Assembly (NCBI GenBank): GCA_965112155.1
Contig: OZ218107.1
Source: Podarcis liolepis
Lineage: Eukaryota
Reading direction: 5' to 3' (one strand)
DNA length: 64,000 bases
Numbering within the stretch: the first letter of the stretch is position 1; each line of letters begins with the position of its first letter. Under the pieces are notes generated by a model. It did no database searches. It saw only the letters and a program-made list of their open reading frames with translations, and had not been told where the DNA came from. This document shows positions 47,786 to 59,440 of this stretch, in pieces. The translations under genes and the position numbers were made by a program.

Positions 47786-48580
47786 TATGGCTATGTACAT
47801 GCATATGTATCCATGTTTTATGATGTGCTGACAATTCAAGAATACCCAGTTATGGTTTGCAAACTGCATTTTTGGTAACTGCAGTTGGCTGTTGTGTCTG
47901 GCTTCACAAGCCATTGACAAGCCACTGTTATGGACATAGTTTGGCTCTAGGAGGCTGTTACACCACAGAGAAAGGAGTGTGCGAGAACTTGTGAAGGTTA
48001 ATGCTGAGTCGATGGAAAATAACAGCAGGCCAAGCAGCCATGATTTGTTTATGTTGGAAGCTTGTATCGTGCTGTGGGTTCTTAATTATTGTTTGAATGA
48101 ATCATGATTTGGCATGATGTCTGAATTGATCCTATGTCTTAAAAATGTGTTTACATCTAAAATAAGAGAGTATTGGGGGGGGGGGCACAGCCTTTTCTGT
48201 TTTCTACATATGAGCTGGAATCAGTGCTTTATTTGATTAACTTGCTGGCAGTAATCAGAGCAGATGCAGGAATATTGACTGCCTAATCAGTGGATGGGAA
48301 GTCCTCCCTGCCAGGTAATTTTTCTGTGTGATGAACCATCACTATACTATGGTATGGCATGCCAAAGATAAGTCTTGGGGCATGCAGCTTTGTACTGCAG
48401 ATAGAACACAGGTCCTCTCTGTGTTACTGCCTGTGACGGTCACTGTCCTTTCTGCTCTTCATAGCGCAAGCAGTGCTTCAGTGGGATGTAATAACCAAAG
48501 GGGATGTAGTATGTACACTGCAAAAGCACTCCATTCCTCAAGTTATTCAGAATCAGACCGCAATTCTGTTCCACCACAGA

Positions 48581-48718
48581 CAGCTAAGTTGGTTAGAGCA
48601 TGGTGCTGATAACACCAAGGTTGGAGGTTCGATCCCCATAAGGGACAGCTGCATTTTCCTGCATTGCAGGGGCTTGGGCTAGATGACCCTCAGGGTCCCT
48701 TTCAACTCTATGATTCTA
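48581..48718 (+). mobile_element. tRNA-derived SINE with CR1-type tail
   Basis: A box agctaagttgg and B box ggttcgatccc, then ...ttcaactctatgattcta tail. Confidence 0.85.
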
Positions 48719-48880
48719 GATTTAACTGCAAAATATATTGTTGTGGACCCAGCCACAGACAAGGTGAGACAAGGCAGCTGCCTCAGGCATCCTATTTTTA
48801 GGATTTTATCCTTGCATTGCACTCTACACAGAAGTAGATCTCCTTGCACTCAGCAGGACTTACTTCCGAATAAGCATGTT

Positions 48881-49185
48881 TAAAGGTAAAGGGACCCCTG
48901 ACCATTAGGTCCAGTCGCGGATGACTCTGGGTTTGCGGCGCTCATCTCGCTTTATTGGCCAAGGGAGCCAGCGTACAGCTTCCGGGTCATGTGGCCAGCA
49001 TGACTAAGCCAAAGCAGAGCAGTGCACGGAAACGCCGTTTACCTTCCCGCTGGAGTGGTACCTATTTATCTACTTTGACATGCTTTTGATCTGCTAGGTT
49101 GGCAGGAGCAGGGACCGAGCAACGGGAGCTCACCCCATTGCGGGGATTCGAACCACCGACCTTCTGATCTGCAAGCCCACAGCGC
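48881..49185 (-). mobile_element. Sauria SINE with internal deletions
   Basis: taaaggtaaagggacccctgaccattagg tail and SINE core; head shortened. Confidence 0.9.
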
Positions 49186-50362
49186 TTGCACTAATACTGG
49201 GGAAATCTCTAAGATTTTAAGCATTCTTTAGTGCCATTTATAGTATATTAGATTTAGGGGTTGCTACTAATTTTGGCAAAGAAGTGCACATTATTGTCAT
49301 CTCCAAACCTCAAAAGGATTTAAGTGAGGCATTTTATATTGCTCCATGGCATTACTGATTCAGGATACAGAAATATTTGTGGTAATCCTGGTTGCCAGGT
49401 TAAGTCAAATACTGTAATAGCATGAATACCAAACTGGGTATTTGTCTTCTTGACAAAGTTCAGATTCCACTTTTTGCCCTTAAAAAAGAAAAGCTCACAG
49501 TAGCACCAAACCTTAACAGCCACCTGTAATAACATCCCTTAATGCTCATGATACTTTCCATCAAATGGCCTTCTTTTCGTTATGATTTAAGATGGGCACA
49601 TATACCTTTCTACTCGTTAAAAATGATAACAGTAGAACTGTGCTATGTTAATGAAGGCATCTATTCATGCAAATGCACAACAATTACACTTTATTTCTCT
49701 TTGCAGAGGAGCCAAGCAAATACATTTCCCGCCTTCCTCTTTTATACTCAGAATTTCTGTGTACCGGTAATTTCTTGCCCAGGTAATTTAAACCATTGCT
49801 TTAATTAAGAGTGTGACAATAAGCAACACTTCTTATTAACAGGGCATTTATTTATTTTTTTGCAAAGACAGCCTCAATCACCTACACAAAACCAGCAGAA
49901 AATGGAGCAGTAAGTGGTCCGTGTATCAATTACACCAAAGTCGAACTTTGTCTAATCAAATCCCAAGACCAACAGCATCTACAAAATAATTGTGGTTTTT
50001 TTTAAAAGGCCCACACAAACACCATTCCCTAAGCTTTCTTAAACAAAAGCCCGAAGGAACTATTGGTTTTCTCATGAAACATTTTTTTAAAAAACCCTCT
50101 TTGTTTCAAATAAGGTGCTTTGGGTAGCTTCTTGATTTTCAGTTTCATTTCATTATGTGATATTATGTGATATTTCAGCTTAAGCAATGAATATGGATGA
50201 TATATGTAGATTCTGCTTCAAATATATACCAGGTATAGTTCCACCTCTGGCTTCTCTATCGTTCCTCACATGGAGTTTATGCAATTTGGAGAACATCAGC
50301 AATCCATTTACTGTGGAAGTGACTGGAATTGAAACTATCCTCTGCAGTCTCCCTCTCTCACT

Positions 50363-50485
50363 TAATAATAATAATAATAATTTATTATTTATACCCCACC
50401 CATCTGGCTGGGCCTCCCCAGCCACTCTGGGCGGCTTCCATAGAAGCCAAAAATACACTAAAATATCACACATTAAAAACTTCCC
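50363..50485 (-). mobile_element. L2 LINE 3'-end fragment with (TAT)n tail
   Basis: aataataataatttattatttataccccacccatctggctggg...gccactctgggcggcttcc; longer copy at 52250-52545. Confidence 0.75.
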
Positions 50486-52249
50486 CCCTCCCTGTTTTTT
50501 TAAATATAAAAAGACATATTTTGTGAAGTTGCAGCTTGAATCAGGTAGGCTTTATAGATACAGGAAATTTGCTTGGGTGAACAAATCAAAATTACTTCAA
50601 GATCAGTTGGTAAATTGGTTCAAGGACAGCAATTATGATAATTTTATCATTAACTCTGACTCACTAATTCAGGCAACCCTCTTTTTATCTGCTTTTGGGC
50701 TATACATATTTACCTGTTTCCAAGGAAGCAATGTCTCAGATTTATAAGAGATGTGGAAAATATTTGAGTTTCCTGGGAAACCGACATTAGTCAGAGAGCT
50801 AAAAACAAATATTGATCAAAATGTGTTGTGTGAGACAATATGTGCTAAAACTAAGGAGGTTATGTTTAAAGTGCTACATGGATGGTACTTCATGTAAATT
50901 AGAATTAGAAATTATGGATGTTCAGAAAGCTGTGTAGTAGGTGCTGGAGAGTCAGTGATGTTCTGGGGTTAATTGTGTTATATGTGGTGGACATGCAATG
51001 TTGTTGCTTCATATTTTGGCATCTGATTTCCACTGGGAAACATCTAGGATTACTAACCAAACCACAGCAGTTGATCCTGGAATGACTCTTTCAAACTTTG
51101 TCTTAGATGATCCTCAAGATGCATTTCATAAGGCGTCTGTTGATACTCCCTCCTGTTCCCTGTCAAAGATGGCTTTCATGCACCCTTTATATGCTCTAGT
51201 TAGTTCTTTTGATATCAAATTCTATGTTTGTGCAGTGATCACAGATTTTCATCCTTCAGAGTTCCTAATCTATTGCTAGGATAATCCAGTAAAAGAGGGA
51301 CTTCCCAATCAGAGATCATACACTAAACACTACTTAAGATCAGGGTGACGTGTGTCTCTACATTAGCTCTACATAGCCAATATTATAGTTTATTATCTTT
51401 GAGAATGTGGTCTTCTTCCTTTTCTATTACATTTATTGTTTATGTTTCGTTTTTGTACCTTTAAAAATGCATTTCTCAATAAAAACGTTTTGTTTTGTTT
51501 TTTTAAAGGAGGGCACCTAATAGAGTACATGTGTGCACTGTTGCATAGATTCTGAGAAAAGAATCTGGTTGTAGGAGATGTTTATAAAATAATAATTAAA
51601 TAATTAAATCAAGAGCAAGATGTTGCAGGCATTAGAGGATATCTGTCAGGTTAAAGCTGTATTACACGCAACTTTCACATCGCTCTTGTAATGGAAAAAT
51701 AGATTGCACTTCAGAGATGTTCTGCTATTGCAAGTGAGGTAATCAGCTACAGATACAGCATATATTGTCCAGGCTAACTTGACTATCGGCTGACTCATAA
51801 AGAATGATGTGACTGACATCAGCTGTTTAATAAGCCCAAGTATCCAACAGAAGAGAAGTGGGCAGAGAGGAAGGTGAGAGAAACCACAAGGGAAGAGCAG
51901 ATAAAGAGCTGTTTTTCTTGGAACAGAGTTTGCCTAACTGTGAAACTAAAGAGAACTAAATCAAGCATATGATCTCATTTCTTGTTGATACCACATTACA
52001 AAATACAGGTTTGCAGTATGTCGGTACTTTGCCATCTATGGCAAAGCAATATGGCATGTACGTCTCTCCTTGAGAGATAACAAGGTGGAATACTAAATGG
52101 CAATGCCATTTAATTTTAAAACAATAAAATTATAAGTAAAAAAGAGATAATTATGCTGGTTTCTTTACCACTGCCCCAGATATGTGAAACTGGGTCTTGA
52201 TTTTTAAAAAATTATTTCCTATTAATGAATATACCAGTCATCATCATCG

Positions 52250-52545
52250 TTTATTATTTATACCCCACCCATCTGGCTGGGTTTCCCCAGCCACTCTGGG
52301 TGGCTTCCAACAAAATATTAAAATGCAATAGTCTGTTAAACATTAAAAGCTGCCCTAAACAGGGCTGCCTTCAGATGTCTTCTAAAAGCCTGGTAGTTGT
52401 TTTTCTCTTTGACATCTGGCAGGTGCCACTACTGAGAAGGCCCTCTGCCTGGTTCCCTGTAACTTGGCTTCTCGCAGCGAGGGAACCACCAGAAGGCCCT
52501 TGGTGCTGGACCTCAGTGTCCGGGCAGAACGATGGGGGTGATGAT
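52250..52545 (-). mobile_element. L2 LINE 3' fragment
   Basis: Minus-strand frame RTLRSSTKGLLVVPSLREAKLQGTRQRAFSVVAP is an L2 ORF2 C-terminus, followed by the same tail as 50363. Confidence 0.85.
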
Positions 52546-54254
52546 GAGCAATACATTGTTCAATAGAACTAAATGGGATCCTATGAGAACCCAGCCAGCC
52601 CAATCTGCCTTTCCAACTTATCTACATAGACCCTTGGTCAGAATAGCTCCATTCTTTATTTGTATAGCTCCATCCTGGAGTCCATCTCTCAGCACCCAAG
52701 AACTGGCTGTCCTACATTACTGTTGCTATAGCAATTCTCAGCCTATTGTCAGTGGCCACATCAGTATCTGTTGAGTTGGTGCATGAGATTCCAAGGGGTC
52801 TTCACACTCACCCAGAGTCTGTATTCCTCTGGGGAAAACGAGGCATGGCAGAGTCTGCAGCGACTTTGAAATATGATTCATTTACACTGGAAATTTTCCA
52901 TAGAGAGAGATTTCACAGTATCTGCATCTCAGGTGGAGCCTGTCCTTCACACCACCCCAGCAATGGATTCCCAGGCATCTCTGTGCCTTCAGTCAGACTT
53001 CCAAGATGGTTCTGGCCTTCACAGCAGCTCATGGAGATATCCCCCTCCCCCCCTCCTCTAAATTTTAAAAGGACACATTTTTCCTGTGTGACATCATGCC
53101 TCCAATAACCTCTGCCTCCCAACTCTTCTATTTACCCTCAGGCAGAGGGCCAATGACTGGCCGTTGTCCGGTAACTGCACCTTGACGGGCAATTTCTTAG
53201 TTTCGCTTGCATGTTAAATTTAATATCCAGCATCTTCCCTTCAATACTCCAAATATAATCTAAATTCTTCCATTCATTAATATCCAACATTCCCTAACTC
53301 TAGCAGTTATGGGTCCCCTTGCACCCCCAAACTCTTCTACACTGTTAATAATATGGTTCATTACAGTTCTTAATTACTCCTTTCAACAAAAGCCTGTGTG
53401 AGAGATGAGCCTGTGGGCTAGTGACTTGTTCAAAACCATTTGGGGTGCTTCATAGCTAAAGAGCGACTTGACCTTGGTTCTGCCATCAAGCAAGCCAAAT
53501 CTTTGTCCAGTGCAACACGCCATATTTCAGACACACTGTTTCAAGAATTACCTCTTTGGTTGCTTGGAGGCTTATTGGGCCTGATCTGATTACGCAATAA
53601 CCAGCGTTGTATCACCAGACACAGATATGTTTATTATACAGAATGGCACTATTAACTTTGTAGTCAGAAAGATTCATGCAAATACCTTCAAACCAGAGCT
53701 GCACATTATAAATGGTATATCATGTGCCCAATTAACTTAGCAATACAAACAATTTCCTCGGTTTCCCGGGAGAGACCTCTTTATTCCCTATTTTAAAAAG
53801 CAAGGTTTGTATCTTGCCTGTGTTGGTTTTCTGTTAAATTCACATTTAATTGAATCAATTGTATGGTTGGGCTTTTGGATTAATAGACAACTGTACTGGA
53901 GAAAATCCTTCTTTCCTGAAACAAGCATATTGTAATAAGAACATATGTGATAGTCTTGTATCTGGTCTTGAGAAAGTCTGTAGTACAGTTTTATTTCTCC
54001 CACCACCTTTTTTTAAAAAACATAGAACATTTTGTATAGTATTTAACAGAAGGAATTCTGAAGACAATGTTAGAATTGCTTTTTCTTTTTGAAAATAATT
54101 TTATTGAATTTATTATATAATAGTGTATCAGTATTACATCACTTTGCCAACCTTGTGCACTCTGGATGGCGCTGATGGGAATTGTTATCCAAAACATCTG
54201 GAAGGCTCTTTTACTAGCTTAGGTTGCAATCCTAACCCTGCTTGCCTGGAAGTA

Positions 54255-54434
54255 CCGTATTTACTCGAGTCTAATGCATCATTGAATCTAATGCACACCT
54301 CAATTTTCAGAACCTTGAAACCAAAAATGTATTTGCTGATGAATGTAAATGTGTCACCAAATCTAACACACACCTTAATTTTTGCAAAGTAATTTGGCCA
54401 AAAAAAGGTGAGCATTAGATTTGAATAAACCCAG
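54255..54434. mobile_element. Tc2-like MITE nested in a small palindromic repeat (54219-54485)
   Basis: CCGTATTTACTCGAGTCTAATGC / GCATTAGATTTGAATAAACCCAG TIRs, TA TSD; host arms gcaatcctaaccctg / cagggttaggattgc. Confidence 0.75.
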
Positions 54435-55463
54435 TAATTCTATGGGACTTACTTCACAGTAGACAGGGTTAGGATTGCGTTAGGACATAACCTAGAATTA
54501 CTGTTCCCCTGAAGGGGATAAAACTGCTCTTATTTCTGTCATCTGAAGAGCAACCTGACTGCCTTTGTTCATTAAGGTATTTAAAAGTGTATACTTTTAG
54601 TATTTGCTTGTTTCTATGTTACTTATTTAGATATCAGTGGCAAACGGATCTGACACATTTGGTGCGTTGTTAGAGTAAGCAGTTATTCAGTGAAGCAGAA
54701 AATCAAATAAATTGTAGCACACTGAATTATTCATATAATTTATCTGCTGACTTGAGAGATAATTACTATTGCCGGAAGAACGATTGCCAGTTTGGTGTGA
54801 TATAACATGGTATCGTCTAATGAAAACGGACAGAAATGGGATTTCACCCCCTCTTCAATCTAAGAATAAAAGTTATGAATAAAGGCTGGGGTTTTTTTTA
54901 CTGGTTTTTTTAAAGTAGTGGGGCTTGTTCCCTTAATGAGCTGTAACTGGAGTTGTTTGGCTGTGATGTCAATGTCAATCAAAGCTTTTGCTTGGAGCAC
55001 AAACTACCATCTGCTCCTCTTGGAGCAGACATGAGCAACTGTCTCTCTGACATAATAGAAGCAAGCGTCAAACCCATTCAAAGAAAGAAAAAGAAAAACA
55101 ATAGTATCTTGCCGAGGAGGGTGGGGCAGTCATGGAAGACCTATATTTTAACATACATAGAGGTTGAATGAGGCACCACTTGGCTAGCTTCCCAGATGCT
55201 CCAAATATTCTAATGAAAACCATACAACTTATTTAGAAAGCCAGAACCAATTTCTTGTACTGCGACCCTTTCCAACTTCCATGTGATATTCCATTGTTGT
55301 TGGGTTTGGTTTTTTGCATGCATGCATATGAACATTACACAGAAAGAGTAGCCCTAATAGGGTGCTTTTCTCTCCATATGTGTAGCATCATGTGGAGACA
55401 TAATAGGACCATGAGCAAGAGCCCACTCTGTTGTTCCATTCCCTTCTGGCTGTACCTCATGCT

Positions 55464-57821
55464 CATAGGCGCCGACTCCATGGGGCTTGAGGGGGCCCGA
55501 GCCCCCTCAAAAATTCGTTTGGGGGGGCTCAGCCCCCCCAATAATCTCGGGCGGCGGTGGGCGCGTCCGCGGCTTTTATAGGGCGCCCGGCGCGCACCAG
55601 CTCGATAACGGGCACCGGCGCGGCGGGGGGCGCCGGGCCGGGGGAGGGGGGCGGCCGGCCTGTCTCCTTGGCAACCCCATTGAGCAGCGCCGGCTCCCCC
55701 GGGAGGGCCATCCCCCCGCGCCGCCGATCGCCAACACCGCCGACGCTGTGGCTGCCCGAGCCTGAGCCTGAGCCCGAGCCCGAGCCCGAGCCAGAGCCAA
55801 AGTCCGAGCCCGTCAGTCAGTCAGTCAGTCAGTCAGTCAGTCAGTCGAAGGAGAAATGGGGAGGGAGACGAGGGAGGAAAATTGCGCGCAGGGTGAAGAA
55901 AGGAGAAGGGTGAACAAGACGAGCTTCCAACCCAAAAAAGGGCTGGAAGACTGGGAGGATGCAGGATCAGGAAAGAAAGCGACGCCTTCCCCGCCCGCGA
56001 CGTTGCCCGCTTGTCATTGGCAGCGCAGCGGGCGCCCAGAGGGGCTGGGCACCGGCGCAGGGCCGCTCCGCAGCCGCGGAGGACAGCTGCGCGGCTAGCA
56101 AGGTGCGCCGCGTAGAGCGCGGCCCTTGTGTGGCCCGGTGGCCAGGCAAGCTCGGGCGGGGACCCCCATGCGAATCTAAGACGGGAGAAGAGGGCAGAGC
56201 AAAGGGGGTCCCTTCCCCAACCTCAGGCTCTGAGACTTCCCTGCGCCCCAGAAAAGCGAAAGGATTTTCTCTTCTTCTTTTTTTTTAAATATTTTATTAA
56301 GTTTTCAAATACAAAGTTAGAAACATACACTGAAGAAAAAAGTAAAAGAAAAAGAAAAAGAAAAAAAGAAAAAGAAGAAAAGAAAACCAACCATTCAACA
56401 CATTTTTATATAACTAACTGGACTTCCTCGCATCTCCCTTACCCTGCATTCTTTATAATAAAGATATCAGCAAATTATTACCTTGTTTCGTACCTTATTT
56501 TGTACTTTTCAAATACTATACCTCTAAATTTAACATACTTTTCATCAGTTACTTATATCTTAAATTAAACATAGTATTACCTTAGATTTTGACCTTTTCT
56601 TACTTAAAATATAATTTCCTGTTTCCCAAATCTAATTGCTGAAGCTATAGTTTCCGAATCGTGTAAATTTTTAACATTCATACAACTTATATTGTTTTTG
56701 TAAATAGTCCTTAAATTTTTTCCAGTCCTCTTCCGTTGTTTCTTCTCCCAAATCTCGGATTTTGCCAGTCATTTCAGCCAGTTCCATGTAGTCCATCAAT
56801 TGCGTCTGCCACTCTTCCAGTGTGGGCAAATCTTGTGTCTTCCAATATTTTGCGATAAGTATTCTTGCTTCTGTAGTTGCATACATAAAGAAAGTTCTAT
56901 CCTTCTTCAACACTTTCTGGCCAACAATGCCCAAGAGGAAGGCCTCTGGTTTCTTGGGAAAGGTATACTTAAATACCTTTTTTAACTCATTATAGATCAT
57001 TTCCCAGAAGGCCTTCACTTTTGGACAAGTCCACCAGAGGTGAAAGAATGTCCCTTCAGCCTCCTTACATTTCCAACATTTATTATCAGACAGGTGATAT
57101 ATTTTTGCAAGCTTGACTGGGGTCATGTACCACCTATAAATCATTTTCATAATATTTTCCTTCAAGGCATTACATGCCGTGAATTTCATTCCGGTGGTCC
57201 ATAACCTTTCCCAGTCCTCAAACATGATGTTATACCCAATATCCTGAGCCCATTTTATCATGGCTGATTTGACTGTCTCATCCTGAGTGATTTTCTCTTC
57301 AACCTGCCCTCCATCCTCTTGCAGAAAACTCTTTGCCTGCCCTGCCCGTATCTCGTTTTTGCTTTTTAATTCCACACACGCACCCTTCGGACTTCGTGGC
57401 AATCGGGCGCGCAGGTGCGTTTCCTAAGAGAGTGAGGACCCCCGCCTCCTCCCCACCTGCTCCCTCGCCAGCCAGCCAGCCGCGCGCCCTAGCCGGAGAG
57501 CCCCGGCCGTCCCTGTCGCGCAATCGGCTGGATCTCCCTTCAGCAGGCCGTGCTCACAACTCGGCCCAGGGACCCCCAGCAGCGGATCTCCGGCTCAGCT
57601 GAAGAATCCGGCAACAAGCCCCCTCCTCCCCAATCGCTCCGCCAAAATACGCTCCAAAACCCCCCAGATAGGCCGCCGGCCGCCAAGTCTAGTGGCGCCC
57701 TGAGCGAGGGTCTCTCCCCAACACCGCCACCTCGAACTGCGTTCTCCCGGCTACCCGAGCGAACCAGCGGCAGGACCCCGGTATGGGCCCCCCCAATATT
57801 TTTTATAAGTCGGCGCCCCTG
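55464..57821. mobile_element. Non-autonomous hAT-type transposon (2358 bp) with CpG-rich cargo and a nested L1
   Basis: TIRs CATAGGCGCCGACT / AGTCGGCGCCCCTG; perfect 8-bp TSD ctcatgct (55456-55463 / 57822-57829); no transposase ORF seen. Confidence 0.9.
56275..57288 (-). mobile_element. Young 5'-truncated L1-clade LINE; open ORF2 C-terminal frame 56671-57288
   Basis: KCWKCKEAEGTFFHLWWTCPKVKAFW zinc-knuckle motif; no stop codons over ~205 codons; polyA tail; perfect 12-bp TSD gattttctcttc (56263-56274 / 57289-57300). Confidence 0.92.
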
Positions 57822-58927
57822 CTCATGCTGGAGGAAGATCTGGAGAGGAAAGCCTGCGGAACATTAATAGGCTGCCCATCTGATTGGTGCTCAACAGGCT
57901 TCTGGATTCAAGCCACCCCAAAATGTGTGAACTGCACGAGGGTGAAGCCATCCAGGAATGTAGCAGCTATCACTCTTGGGATGGGTGCTGGACTTCAAGG
58001 CACAGAGCTGATAATGGGCCCTCCCTCCCAACTAGAGCAGGGCAGGGCACAGCTGAGCTTGGTCCTACTAGAATGTGACATACTCTGCTGAGGGGGGAAA
58101 ATATCTGAGGCTCCCATAGTGAAGGACAGCACAGTTGGGTCAGGCCACTCTATAGCCCTTGGCCAGTGCCTGACTTGAATGCTTGCTTGTGCCGAATCTG
58201 AACTCTCCATGCAGTGTTACTTGGATGGAGACCAAAAGCTTTACTTAGAGCCTGAGGAATTAAGCAACACATGAGGATGGGTTCCCAGATCTGGTACTCT
58301 CCAGATCCTGTGTTGGTGCTGTGTTTTGCTTACTGTACCACTGTGGTTTGTTTTGATTTCTCTCCCACCCAATGCTGAGCTGCTGGACTGCAAATAATAG
58401 TGTGGTGGTGTCACAAGGGAAGGAACCTGCCACTTGGGATATTCTAGCATCAGTATTTGCTCTGTTTTTATAACCACTAAAAGACCATAGGGAGCTGATG
58501 CTTCCAGAAACATGAACTGGAACCTTAGAACCCAATCCTATCCAAATTTGCTCAAAAGTAAAGTCCCTCTGAGTTTAGTGAGAACTTGCTCCCAAATTTG
58601 TCCATGGGATTGCTGTAGTCTTAGTCTGACAGTCATTTGATTGACATCCCATTTGCAGTGTGGGGCCCAGTTGGCACCTATTTGGAGGGCTGGAAGCACA
58701 TCAGAGTATATCTTTCACCCACTGATCCTTGATTGGCTAACTAGGCTTGGCTCCAGAACTTCTCTAGCCCCTATAGCAACAGAACCAAAATGAAAGTTGA
58801 TGCATGAGGCAAGAACTAGTGAGTTCTTTTTGAAACTTTGTCTGTGTGCTGCAACAGCCAGAATTTTAAGATGTCACAAGGACTAAAAACTAGAAACAAG
58901 TCTATTCAGAAAAACCAAACTAGGCCA

Positions 58928-59440
58928 TGTTGATGTTCCCCTGAAATGGTTAAAGGCAGTAGAGAAAAAGTAAAACTGAGATGAATAGGCTGAGACAGAT
59001 TTTCTAATCTGAGCAAACAAATCAACATTTACTGGGAAGTAACCAATGCTCAGGGGGATATGCAGTATGGGGGGGGGTGTCTTCACCCTCCTGCCATGCC
59101 TGAAAATGCTGCCATTAAGGTGGGGGCGGGGAGACAGTCAACCTTGGAACTGATGCTGAAAAACAAACCGAGAGACCTGACTTGCTCTCTCTGTGTGATT
59201 CTTTGCTATAGCACCATGGAGCTCCTTTAAAAAACTAACATGGCAGCCAGATCTGTGGGAATATTAACAATGGGAACCTTCCACCTTATTCTCAGGCCTG
59301 CACATATGTATAAATAAACCTTATGTCAGAGGAAAAGCCAGCAGCTTTTAGTGGCCTTCATTCCAAGGAAACCAAAACCAAGGTATGTATTGGCACCCCT
59401 GATATATTTTTCCATGAGGAGACTGGAGTGCATGTAAGAA
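58928..59440 (+). mobile_element. Possible old solo LTR
   Basis: Starts TGTTG, contains CCAAT and gtataAATAAAcc in an LTR-like order; no convincing TSD. Confidence 0.3.

Noticed and set aside
48581-48650. Apparent tRNA-Ile gene (also at ~1470-1540 and ~12890-12950)
   Set aside because: The acceptor stem is not intact and the sequence runs directly into a CR1-type tail, so these are SINE heads, not tRNA genes.
50600-51490. Old L1/Tx1-like 3' remnant (similar tracts at ~32300-32800, 41830-42230 and 53100-53400)
   Set aside because: Only scattered motif traces (e.g. WWTC-like codons and an A-rich tail); boundaries cannot be supported, so not listed as features.
55480-56290. ORFs in the GC-rich block (e.g. 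PEPEPE...SVSQSVSQ) as a host gene exon
   Set aside because: The peptides come from microsatellites and lie inside a TSD-bounded transposon; no supported splice structure or recognisable domain.
57680-57702. CTCF-like motif in the hAT cargo (ccaagtctagtggcgccc)
   Set aside because: Needs a 2-nt gap to fit the consensus; too weak.
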